Below are positions 54,767 to 63,388 of a DNA stretch of 64,000 nt, piece by piece; the stretch's first letter is position 1; each line of letters starts with the position of its first letter. The DNA is taken from positions 31,255 to 95,254 of the forward strand of contig CAZJUB010000001.1 in assembly GCA_964549075.1 (NCBI GenBank), read 5' to 3'. Origin of the DNA: an uncultured archaeon (GTDB lineage: Archaea > Asgardarchaeota > Heimdallarchaeia > Heimdallarchaeales > Heimdallarchaeaceae). A model generated the notes under the pieces. It saw only the letters and a list, made by a program, of their open reading frames with translations, had not been told where the DNA came from and made no database searches. The position numbers and the translations under genes are program-made.

Positions 54767-56473
54767 TCACACTATAACAGACTCAATTATCGAATTATAT
54801 TCATAAAATGATAGTCTTTTATGTCCTGTTGCTGAAACTAAACCTAGTGAATTTCCACCTGATAAATCATCTTGTAAAGAGAAATAGACGAATCCTTTGA
54901 ATTTCACTTCCTTTAGAACAAGTTCTAACATAGCTGATAATGCTCCAGCTTGTATTCTTTCTCCATACATAACCGCAGAAATACCAAATTCGCAAATCCA
55001 TAACTCTTTTGTCGAAGATGTTGCTTTCTCTAGAAATGGTGTTAAATCCAATTCTCTTGCATGTACAATATAATAGTCTATACCAACAAAATCAACAGTA
55101 GTATTTGCCCAAATTGATTCAAAGACACTATCTGGGTAATTAAAAGTATTGAAATCATTGTAGGAAAGATTTACACCAATTTCAGTGTCGTTAGAATAAG
55201 TACGTAATTCGGTTACAGTGTCTTCAATTGCTTCAGCCCATTCATCTGGTGTCGGGATATCTTTAACATATGCCGATGAGAAACCATAAGGTTCAGGAAA
55301 AATTAATAGAAATTCTGGATCACAAAGTTGGATGAGTTCTATTGCTTGGTTTTCAATCTCAGCAATGAAATCTGAAAAATCAACAGATTGAAAGTTCCAA
55401 ATTGGATATCCAAAACCATAGGTTGATAGCATTATTTTAAATCCATTTGCTTTGAGTTCATTCGTTATGTATTGTAATTCTGTAGTATAATTATAAAGCA
55501 ATTCTGATTTGATGTCCATACGGACAGTAGTAACATTTAAATCTAGCAACATTTCGAGTTCATTATTAAATGTCTCCATATAATTTTCAGGAAGTGACTG
55601 TTGATAAGTTATTGTTTGAAGAGACACTCCAAATTCAAAATCATTTCTTATAGGATATTCAGGACTATAATTCTTTGAAGTATAATGTCCAAAAGAAGCC
55701 ATTGTTCCAATATTGAGTAAAGTAAAAACTATGATTAAAATTATACCTAGAGCATAAATACCTTTAGCACCATTATCTAGAAAAACCTTAATTTGAGGTA
55801 AAATTGCAGGTTTAGCTTGTTTAGTAGTATCAATCTCCTCTGTAAATACGCTCTCCCTGCTTTTAACCTTGGTTCTATCTGTTGCTATTATTTCCTTTTT
55901 CTGTTGTTTTTTATTTGTGTCTTGAGTAGGTTCATAAGGTTTCTTGAATTTTATTGGGACAGCAAATGGTAGAAGAATTAAAACTGGATAAAAGTAACCC
56001 ACAGCTCCATAGAGAAAAGCTTCGAAAGAAGCATATCCCACAGAAGGTATAATCATAAACCACTCCAATGCTTTTGGAAGAATAAATGAAGTCTGTGCTT
56101 CAACAAAATTGAGCAACAGCATACTTGATTGTAAAGCAAGAATTGTAAATAAAACATTGATTATCTTTCCCCACCTTGTAGCTTCTATTGAACCTTTAAA
56201 TGCAAGAATTGTTACTACAAGGTTGTTAATAAAAAGAAGAATACAACCTACTAAAGCACCCCATACAAATTCAATTGATAAGGACAAGTTGAACCAAAGA
56301 AATGATATTATCGTGCTTACTAATATCACTACAGCTGAACTTACATTCCAAGCTTTTTTAGTAAAATTTGGTTTCGAGAATGTATCATAAATAAGTTTTC
56401 CCGATACACTTGCATTATAAAGTAATGCTAAATATGAAAAAACAATAGCTGCTTCAGGTGGTAATATAGACAT
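54767..56473 (-). CDS. membrane-anchored glycoside hydrolase-like protein (clan GH-A TIM-barrel features)
   Basis: The N-terminal ~170 aa are polytopic. The C-terminal domain has FPEPYG (NEP-like acid/base Glu) and, about 105 aa later, LWICEFG (nucleophile Glu). Confidence 0.5.
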   Translation of the reverse strand: MSILPPEAAIVFSYLALLYNASVSGKLIYDTFSKPNFTKKAWNVSSAVVILVSTIISFLWFNLSLSIEFVWGALVGCILLFINNLVVTILAFKGSIEATRWGKIINVLFTILALQSSMLLLNFVEAQTSFILPKALEWFMIIPSVGYASFEAFLYGAVGYFYPVLILLPFAVPIKFKKPYEPTQDTNKKQQKKEIIATDRTKVKSRESVFTEEIDTTKQAKPAILPQIKVFLDNGAKGIYALGIILIIVFTLLNIGTMASFGHYTSKNYSPEYPIRNDFEFGVSLQTITYQQSLPENYMETFNNELEMLLDLNVTTVRMDIKSELLYNYTTELQYITNELKANGFKIMLSTYGFGYPIWNFQSVDFSDFIAEIENQAIELIQLCDPEFLLIFPEPYGFSSAYVKDIPTPDEWAEAIEDTVTELRTYSNDTEIGVNLSYNDFNTFNYPDSVFESIWANTTVDFVGIDYYIVHARELDLTPFLEKATSSTKELWICEFGISAVMYGERIQAGALSAMLELVLKEVKFKGFVYFSLQDDLSGGNSLGLVSATGHKRLSFYEYNSIIESVIV

Positions 56474-56526
56474 TTGTATTCAACCTAAAGTTACTAGGAC
56501 GTTTAAATAACTTACCATTTCTGGTC

Positions 56527-57246
56527 TTATGAAATCAGTAAATTTTTCAAATCAAATAATGTTCCTTTATAATCAGGACGTGTTTCAGCTGTTATTGTAT
56601 CTTCATTCTCCGCATCAGGTTCTATAAGGAAAGCCTGATAGCCATACTTCTTAGCATGTAAGTCTCGATAAGCATCATTACCAATCATCATAGATCTTTG
56701 AGGATTAATTTCTAAACTTTGCGCAATATTTAACCAGTAATTTTCATTATTTTTACAATAATAACTATTTTCAGCATGAGTAATATGATCAAAGAATTTT
56801 TCTGAAATACCTCCCCAAATCATCCGTTTTTGAATTGCTATAAACGGGAATACCGGATTAGTAGCTAGAATAAGTTTTGTTTCGGGTAAATTTTTCTTCA
56901 AACTTTGTAAAAGCTCTTTAGCTCCATCTACTTTATGAATTAAAGGTTTAATAACATCAAAATCAGTTTGATAAAAATCAAGAAATCTTTGCGAGATTTT
57001 ATCACAATCCACATCAAATTTCGGACAAAAATCATTTAGAAAATCTTCAAGAGCAGTGGTAGTTGGATTATCACTGTTTTCCATAACATCTGTAGATTTC
57101 AATAATTCTTGATAGAAAGATTCAGGATTTGGAATCAAATCAATGAAAAATTTCGCTGCAGCACCTAGATAGGTTTTAATAAATTGCTCAGGTTCGAAAT
57201 AAATTAAAGTTCCATCTAAATCAAATAATAAAGCTTCATATGTCAT
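56527..57246 (-). CDS. HAD-superfamily hydrolase
   Basis: LLFDLDGTLI (motif I), ATN and GNDAYRD (motif IV). Confidence 0.8.
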   Translation of the reverse strand: MTYEALLFDLDGTLIYFEPEQFIKTYLGAAAKFFIDLIPNPESFYQELLKSTDVMENSDNPTTTALEDFLNDFCPKFDVDCDKISQRFLDFYQTDFDVIKPLIHKVDGAKELLQSLKKNLPETKLILATNPVFPFIAIQKRMIWGGISEKFFDHITHAENSYYCKNNENYWLNIAQSLEINPQRSMMIGNDAYRDLHAKKYGYQAFLIEPDAENEDTITAETRPDYKGTLFDLKNLLIS

Positions 57247-57260
57247 ATCTTTACAGTTCC

Positions 57261-58139
57261 TTATTTTAGAAATTTATAATACTTATCTAAACAGATACCT
57301 ATGCATCCTGGTCCAGCATGCGTAACAATGGTCATTCCAACATCAGAAATTGAAGTATTATATTCTCTAGGTTTGATTTTATTTTCTATGTAATCTTTAA
57401 GAAAATTAGCTGATTCTAGGTTTTGTGCATGCATGATATATGCATTGAATTTATCAGGTCTTCCAGTTTTCTCATATACAGTGTTAAAGGATTCTATTAC
57501 AGCATTACTATGTCCTCTAACAGTCTTTTCTACTTCCATCTTTCCATCAATAAAACATATGACAGGTTTCATATCTGCTAATTTTGCTATCCAATATTTA
57601 GATTTACTCAAACGTCCTCCTCTATGTAAATAAACTAAATCTGGAACAGTAAATGCTATTTCTAACTTATCTCTATATTCATCAAGTTTAGGGATTATCT
57701 CTTCAGCTGATTTTCCTTCTTTTGCTAACTCAGCAGCCATTATAGCTAATACTCCTAGACCAAAAGTAGCTAATTTAGAATCATAGATGTAAATCTTTGC
57801 AGGATTTTTAACAACTTTTTCATACCTTTTTCTAGCATTTATTGCAGTATTATAAGAACCAGAAATCCCAGAGGAGATCACAATATTAATCACTTCATCT
57901 ACATCTTTACCTAATTTCTCAAACAATTCATACTGATGAGCAAGTGTAGGATTAGCAGTTTGAGGTAATTCATCTGAAGCATAAAATTTCTCATAATATT
58001 GCTCCATAGTGATATCAACACCTTCATAGAAGACATCATCGCCAAATCGAATTACAGTTGGAACTAGAGCGATATCATATTTTTTCACTAAATGTGCTGG
58101 TAAATCTGCTGCAGTATCAGTCATTATCTTAACTGTCAT
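57261..58139 (-). CDS. DegV family (fatty-acid-binding, FakB-like) protein
   Basis: VKIMTDTAADLP...VPTVIRFGDDVFYEG and ISSGISGSYNTA match DegV signature regions. Confidence 0.85.
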   Translation of the reverse strand: MTVKIMTDTAADLPAHLVKKYDIALVPTVIRFGDDVFYEGVDITMEQYYEKFYASDELPQTANPTLAHQYELFEKLGKDVDEVINIVISSGISGSYNTAINARKRYEKVVKNPAKIYIYDSKLATFGLGVLAIMAAELAKEGKSAEEIIPKLDEYRDKLEIAFTVPDLVYLHRGGRLSKSKYWIAKLADMKPVICFIDGKMEVEKTVRGHSNAVIESFNTVYEKTGRPDKFNAYIMHAQNLESANFLKDYIENKIKPREYNTSISDVGMTIVTHAGPGCIGICLDKYYKFLK

Positions 58140-58194
58140 TGGTGAAACCTAAAGAAAAAGAAAAGGAGATAAATTTAAACTTTGCTCGAAAAGA

Positions 58195-59085
58195 TCAATA
58201 TTCAAAATCTTTTGTCATAATTAAAACGATTGTACCCGGACCAGTATGAGCACTTATTACACCACCGACATTGAAGATTTCACCAATATTTAAATCTGGA
58301 TTGTCTTCTTTTATTTTCTTAGCATAATTTTCTGTTTCGAATCTAAATACAGCTTGGGTAAAGTGCAGAGTAAGTTTACTCAAATCACTTTCACCAAGAT
58401 CTTCTTTAAGTAGTTCAACCATAGTATCTACAGCTTTATCAAGTCCTGTTACGCTTTTTAAAACCTCAACCTTACCATTAATAAAATGAAGAATAGGATT
58501 TTTCGATAGAAGTGACCCTAAATAGTATTTAGCTCTACTTAACCTACCACCTTCGAATAACCAGCGCAAATCTCCTACTGAGAAGTAAAATGAGATACAA
58601 CTCTCTTGCCATTTATGTAGTTTTTCAATAATTTTTTTAGCATTTAATCCTTGTTTAACAAGACTAGCAGCTTTTAAAACAACTAATCCGAAGGGAGTAC
58701 TAGCAGATTGAGAATCGTAGAGGTGTATTTTTGCGCCATCAGGGTTGGATTTTTCATACATTTTTTTAGCCATTCTAGCATTAGCGACAGCTCCACTAAG
58801 TTCGCTAGATAGATGCATAGATATTATTTCATCATACTTCTTACCATGAATCTCATAAGCTTTTAGCAAATCAGCTTGAGTACTTTGTGAGGTAGTAGGA
58901 TGTTCTGTAGTCTGAGACAATTTTGCATAAAATTGTGAAAGTGTGAGAGTTTCCAGCTCTTTGTACTCCTCTGTACCAAACATTACTTGCATCGGAACCC
59001 ATTGAATATCATATTTATCATAAAGAGTGACATCATTAGGAAAATTCAAATCTGCGCTTGTATCGCAAATAATCTTAACTGTCAT
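58195..59085 (-). CDS. DegV family (fatty-acid-binding, FakB-like) protein, tandem paralogue
   Basis: VKIICDTSADL...VPMQVMFGTEEYKE and LSSELSGAVANA. Confidence 0.85.
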   Translation of the reverse strand: MTVKIICDTSADLNFPNDVTLYDKYDIQWVPMQVMFGTEEYKELETLTLSQFYAKLSQTTEHPTTSQSTQADLLKAYEIHGKKYDEIISMHLSSELSGAVANARMAKKMYEKSNPDGAKIHLYDSQSASTPFGLVVLKAASLVKQGLNAKKIIEKLHKWQESCISFYFSVGDLRWLFEGGRLSRAKYYLGSLLSKNPILHFINGKVEVLKSVTGLDKAVDTMVELLKEDLGESDLSKLTLHFTQAVFRFETENYAKKIKEDNPDLNIGEIFNVGGVISAHTGPGTIVLIMTKDFEY

Positions 59086-59228
59086 AGGTTTTAACCGTGG
59101 TAGGTTTTTTTTAAATATTTGCTATTATATTTTGATATAATAGTGATGTTCTACAAAAAATACCAAAGAGCAAAATATTTAAGTTGGCTGTATAGAGCAT
59201 GTTTAGAAATTGAAGGATTAAGAAGTCC

Positions 59229-59972
59229 ATGCAACACAGAATCGGAACAAAACTAGTTGTATATCTTATAATTACTCTATTTGCAAGTTTAGCTTTCAAC
59301 CAATCATCGATTCAACGAAATGTTTTAGCTTTATCAGAAGATCATTCCAACACTAATAAAATAAATAATTTTCCTAAACTTAGTCCAATAAACGATTCAT
59401 TTCTACAAAGACCAATACTCGATATTGCAAAAACAGTAAACACAACTGAAGTAAATCTTGATAATAATGTGTGGATTAGAGTTAATGTAACAATCAGAAA
59501 TATTGGTAATGCAACAGCTTATAATTTAACCTCAGTTGATCCAGAATTTAATGAATGGGCAGTTTCAAGTTTAAATGTTACTCAACAGAGATGGGTGATA
59601 ATTGAAGTAAATGCTTCTGCATATTATTATTATTATTTTAGACCAATACTAGAAGGCAATTTCACTTTAGAACCTACTGATATTGTGTATGTGGATATAA
59701 ACGGTACTGAATATCATGCACAATCACAACGTTTCACCATTTTATCTTTTAGACCTGAGAATATTGCAGTGATAGATGCTGAGCTATGGTTAAATATTCT
59801 ATACTATAGTTTAATTATTGCTGGTTCTTTAGCATCTATAGTGTTGTTTGATTACTTTGTTATTAAACGATCAAAAGATGTTAAAAAAGTTAAAGAGAAA
59901 GTGGAGAAGAAAGGAGTAGCTGCTCAAAAAAGTAAACAACGAATCAAGAAGCAGAAGAAGAAACGAAGATAA
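59229..59972 (+). CDS. type I membrane glycoprotein-like protein resembling translocon-associated protein beta (TRAP-beta/SSR2); a CARDB/DUF11-like Ig fold is the alternative
   Basis: Signal/anchor [15 protein letters not shown]. A beta-rich ectodomain with about 10 N-x-S/T sequons. [22 protein letters not shown] and [10 protein letters not shown]...[18 protein letters not shown] parallel blocks I recall from human SSR2. One C-terminal TM segment and a poly-Lys/Arg tail. Confidence 0.45.
   Translation: [247 protein letters not shown]
59622..59636 (+). repeat. (TAT)5 in-frame trinucleotide repeat encoding YYYYY
   Basis: Read directly: gca tat tat tat tat tat ttt, in the frame of ORF 59229-59972. 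Confidence 0.9.
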
Positions 59973-60027
59973 TCTTCTTCTCAACCAAATCTCACATTTT
60001 ATATATCCTTTTTTTAAATTGAGCTTA

Positions 60028-61011
60028 ATGTCGTTAAAAGAAATTCTTGAGATGAATTTAAAATATTTATTAGTGGGGGGAAAAGGAGGAGTAGGTAAAA
60101 CAAGTATTGCTTCTGCATTAGCAATTACATTAGCAGAGCATGGACGTAGAGTTCTTCTCATCTCAACTGATCCTGCACATAGTATCTCTGATTCCTTTGA
60201 TATGGATTTTTCTAAAGGAGAGATTACAAAAGTAAAAGGTGTGGCAGGAGATCTCTTTGCTCTTGAGATTAATCCTGCAGCTGCTGGAGATGAAATTTCT
60301 CAAGCTATTGGACAACCTATGCAAGCTGATCAATTTTCACAATTTGCCTCTATTCCTGGATTAGGTGAACTTCAGCAAGGATTAGGACAAGATCTTCAAT
60401 CAATTCCTCCACCTGGCATGGATGAAGCTTTATCTTTCGCAAAGATTCTTGAATATGCTGAGGATGATAATTATGACACAATTGTTCTTGATACAGCTCC
60501 AACTGGACATACACTTAGACTTTTGAATTTACCTGAGTTCTTAGATTCTTTTCTAGGAAGGATACTGAAAATGAAGACTTTTTTGTCTAATGCTATGAAA
60601 ATGATGAAATCTTTATTCGGTGGAGACCAAGAAAAAGACAGGACTATTGAAACATTAGAGTTAATGAAAGAAAAAGTATTGATAGCTAGAGATAAATTGA
60701 TGGACGAAACACAAACCCAATTTGTTAAAGTATTGATTCCAACTTTGATGAGTGTTTTCGAAACAGAAAGATTAGTTGAAGAACTTAACCAACATCTCAT
60801 TCCTCATAGGTTTTCTGTTATTAATATGGTTAATCCTGAAAACACCAACTGTTCTTATTGCATGCACAGATATAATGAGCACAAGAAAAACATAGAGTAT
60901 ATTAAATCTGTTTTTCCGTTAGATCAAACAACAATTGTAGAAGCATTTGATAGAGAAATTCGAGGATTAGACATGCTAAAAGAGCTAAACACTAAGCTCA
61001 TATTAGAGTGA
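60028..61011 (+). CDS. get3: Get3/TRC40/ArsA-family ATPase (tail-anchored protein targeting factor homologue)
   Basis: P-loop GGKGGVGKTS, STDPAHS and DTAPTGHTLRLL. A Met-rich helical insert (ILKMKTFLSNAMKMMKSLFGG). A CxxC motif (CSYC). I prefer the ATG at 60028 over the TTG at 60019. Confidence 0.85.
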   Translation: MSLKEILEMNLKYLLVGGKGGVGKTSIASALAITLAEHGRRVLLISTDPAHSISDSFDMDFSKGEITKVKGVAGDLFALEINPAAAGDEISQAIGQPMQADQFSQFASIPGLGELQQGLGQDLQSIPPPGMDEALSFAKILEYAEDDNYDTIVLDTAPTGHTLRLLNLPEFLDSFLGRILKMKTFLSNAMKMMKSLFGGDQEKDRTIETLELMKEKVLIARDKLMDETQTQFVKVLIPTLMSVFETERLVEELNQHLIPHRFSVINMVNPENTNCSYCMHRYNEHKKNIEYIKSVFPLDQTTIVEAFDREIRGLDMLKELNTKLILE

Positions 61012-61015
61012 TAAA

Positions 61016-61816
61016 ATGAGTACATATTCTGATGTAATGAAGTTAAGAGAACAAAATTCTAAAAGATCTTATGCTGATGCACATTGTCACCTTATTCCTG
61101 AATGGTTCACTATGGACGAGATAAAGGAAATTGTTGATAAATCTAAACAAGCTCAAGTTGATTTAATCGTTAATAGTGTGGTTGACCCTGAATATTACGA
61201 ATTCGCACTAGAAACCACGAAATTTGAAAGTATTCATCTTACAATTGGTTCTGATCCCACCAAAATCTCCAATAAAAGATTTGATGATTTTACTGGATTC
61301 TTCAAAAAACATGAATCAGACATTGTTGCTATTGGTGAGATTGGATTAGATTTTCACTGGGTAAAGGAACAAGAAAAACAAGTGGAGCAAGAGAAATTTT
61401 TCAGAATGTTTATTGATTTTGCTAGAGAGAATGATAAACCGATAGTGATACATTCGAGAGCAGCAGAATCTAGAGTTATTGAGATACTTAAAGAAAAGGG
61501 AGCTGAAGAAGTCTTAATGCATTGTTTCAGTGGAACTGAAGAACAAGCCAGAGAGATATCGACTTTAGCTTGGTATGTTAGTGTTCCTACAAGTGCAATA
61601 TATAAAAAGAATTTCCAAAAAATTCTGCAGTCAGTCTCTATAGATAGTTTATTATTAGAAACAGATAGTCCATTCCACGCCTTAGTAAAAGATCAGAAAA
61701 ATGATCCATCTAACATCCCAATTTTATGTAGACATGCATCTAGAATTTTGGAAGTAGAAGAGAAAGATTTAGCAGATATTGTTTATAAAAACACTCGAAC
61801 ATTCTATCGAATTTAA
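61016..61816 (+). CDS. tatD: TatD-family metal-dependent hydrolase/DNase
   Basis: DAHCHL, IGEIGLDFHW, PIVIHSR, MHCFSG and ETDSPF are present. Confidence 0.9.
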   Translation: MSTYSDVMKLREQNSKRSYADAHCHLIPEWFTMDEIKEIVDKSKQAQVDLIVNSVVDPEYYEFALETTKFESIHLTIGSDPTKISNKRFDDFTGFFKKHESDIVAIGEIGLDFHWVKEQEKQVEQEKFFRMFIDFARENDKPIVIHSRAAESRVIEILKEKGAEEVLMHCFSGTEEQAREISTLAWYVSVPTSAIYKKNFQKILQSVSIDSLLLETDSPFHALVKDQKNDPSNIPILCRHASRILEVEEKDLADIVYKNTRTFYRI

Positions 61817-61821
61817 GAGAA

Positions 61822-62658
61822 TTAAAGGAAAGCAATACTAGAAAAATCTTTACCAAGTAAATAACGTGAAATAATAGATTGATGAGTTTCAGTTTTTTCC
61901 ACTTTTCTTATTCGTCTTAGAGTTTCTTTTGTCTCCCTAATATGATTTGAGCTAGTTGAATAGAATACTTTTGTAATCTCTTTTGTTTTATTTGTTAAAT
62001 TTATTCTACTATTTATGTCTTTGAATAAATTTTTCGATTTTCTATTGGTTGAAATGATTTCCCAATTTGTGTGAAAATAATGGTATAAATTGTAATTTTT
62101 TAATGGAAAAGAAGAGGATTTTAGAACATTTTCTCTATCTTTAACTTCCTTGACTAATTTATCGTTTTCAGTAATAGTATATGCATTAATATTCCTATTC
62201 AAATCTATAGCTTTTTTCCTAATATCATTAATGGTACTCGCTTTAGGAATAAATTTGATTAACTCAGAAGTAAATAAACCTGCGGCTGATCCAATTGTTG
62301 GTGAATCTACCAAATCTATTGTTATTCCAGAAACCATTTTTTTTGCAACAAGTGCATGTTCATACACTGCAGGAGTAAAATAGGAAGAATGAATACTGAT
62401 CAAAGAATCATATTCTTCTGCAAGAAAAGTATATAGTTCAACGAATTCTTTGATATTAGGAGCAAAAATCCTTGCTTTTTTGTCACCATTAATAATAGAT
62501 ATCAACTCATCTGTATGGAGTTTATCTACACTTTCCCTTTCATAATGAGACTCTTTTTTAGAATCTTCTATGGAGTAACCTACAGGAAAAATATGCTCGT
62601 TTCTATATAATTCTAGAGGGATTTCTCTTGAACTATCTATAACTATTGCTTGCTTCAT
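61822..62658 (-). CDS. divergent DegV-like protein
   Basis: QAIVIDSSREIP...FPVGYSIE and ISIHSSYFTPAVYEHA follow the DegV N-terminal pattern but are degenerate. Confidence 0.45.
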   Translation of the reverse strand: MKQAIVIDSSREIPLELYRNEHIFPVGYSIEDSKKESHYERESVDKLHTDELISIINGDKKARIFAPNIKEFVELYTFLAEEYDSLISIHSSYFTPAVYEHALVAKKMVSGITIDLVDSPTIGSAAGLFTSELIKFIPKASTINDIRKKAIDLNRNINAYTITENDKLVKEVKDRENVLKSSSFPLKNYNLYHYFHTNWEIISTNRKSKNLFKDINSRINLTNKTKEITKVFYSTSSNHIRETKETLRRIRKVEKTETHQSIISRYLLGKDFSSIAFL

Positions 62659-62700
62659 GGTAACAGTCTATATTCATCATATGTTTTAGATAAATCTTTC

Positions 62701-62892
62701 CTATTCGTTGTTTTTGTTACCAGATTCTTCTTGTTGCTGTTTTTTAATAAATTCCTCGTAGTCTTCCACTGATACTTCTACTGCTATCGTACCTGACCAT
62801 CCACATTCCTCATTCCTGCAAACGTGTTGAGGCATACCAAACACAGCAGGAATATACTTTGTAGCATGAAAACAGACTGGACAAACCGTCAC
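62701..62892 (-). CDS. small zinc-ribbon protein with an acidic/Gln-rich tail
   Basis: CPVC-x19-CRNEEC in 63 aa. It lies between SUI1 and the DegV-like gene on the same strand. Confidence 0.5.
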   Translation of the reverse strand: MTVCPVCFHATKYIPAVFGMPQHVCRNEECGWSGTIAVEVSVEDYEEFIKKQQQEESGNKNNE

Positions 62893-62972
62893 TGTATCCT
62901 TTATACTACGTTTTTTAAATGAAGGTTTAGGAAAATTCTCAGATTCGTCTTCTTTAATTTATGTCACCTATT

Positions 62973-63329
62973 TTAGAATTGTACTTCAATGTTGTTTGCT
63001 GGAAAACCAAAATCTTCAAGAATTTGCTTAATTTTATATCGATGATCACCTTGAAGCTCAATTCTACCCTCTTTTTGAGTACCACCACAAGCTAGCTTAG
63101 ATTTTAGTTTCTTAGCTAATGCGCTTAAATCTACTTCATTAGGGTCAATTCCTGTGACAAGAGTATAGTTTTTACCATACCTTCTCTTTTCCAAAAAAAC
63201 TCTTATAATCTGTTCTTCTTTAGCTATTTCCTCACAGACACATAAATCTTGAGGAAGACCACATACACTGCATAAATCGTCTTCTAACACATCTATTAAG
63301 AAGTGATAAGCATATTTATATTTTGTCAT
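62973..63329 (-). CDS. sui1: translation initiation factor aSUI1 / eIF1 homologue
   Basis: IRVFLEKRRYGKNYTLVTGI...LAKKLKSKLACGGTQKEGRIELQGDHRYKIKQILEDFGF is the SUI1 domain. I prefer the ATG at 63329 over the TTG at 63353. Confidence 0.9.
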   Translation of the reverse strand: MTKYKYAYHFLIDVLEDDLCSVCGLPQDLCVCEEIAKEEQIIRVFLEKRRYGKNYTLVTGIDPNEVDLSALAKKLKSKLACGGTQKEGRIELQGDHRYKIKQILEDFGFPANNIEVQF

Positions 63330-63388
63330 TTCCCCTTTTTTAAAAACACACAAAAATCATTTAATAATAGTAGAATTTAGTAGAGTTA

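Noticed and set aside
54678-54772. H/ACA guide RNA interpretation of the structured element
   Set aside because: The internal loop has no unpaired 3' side next to the lower stem, so it forms no two-sided pseudouridylation pocket. The nearest ACA lies about 8 nt beyond the stem rather than abutting it. The C/D-like layout fits better.
59871-60161. 96-aa minus-strand ORF spanning the TRAP-beta-like / get3 junction
   Set aside because: It is antisense to the P-loop region of get3 and to the Lys-rich tail of the upstream gene. It is a shadow ORF.
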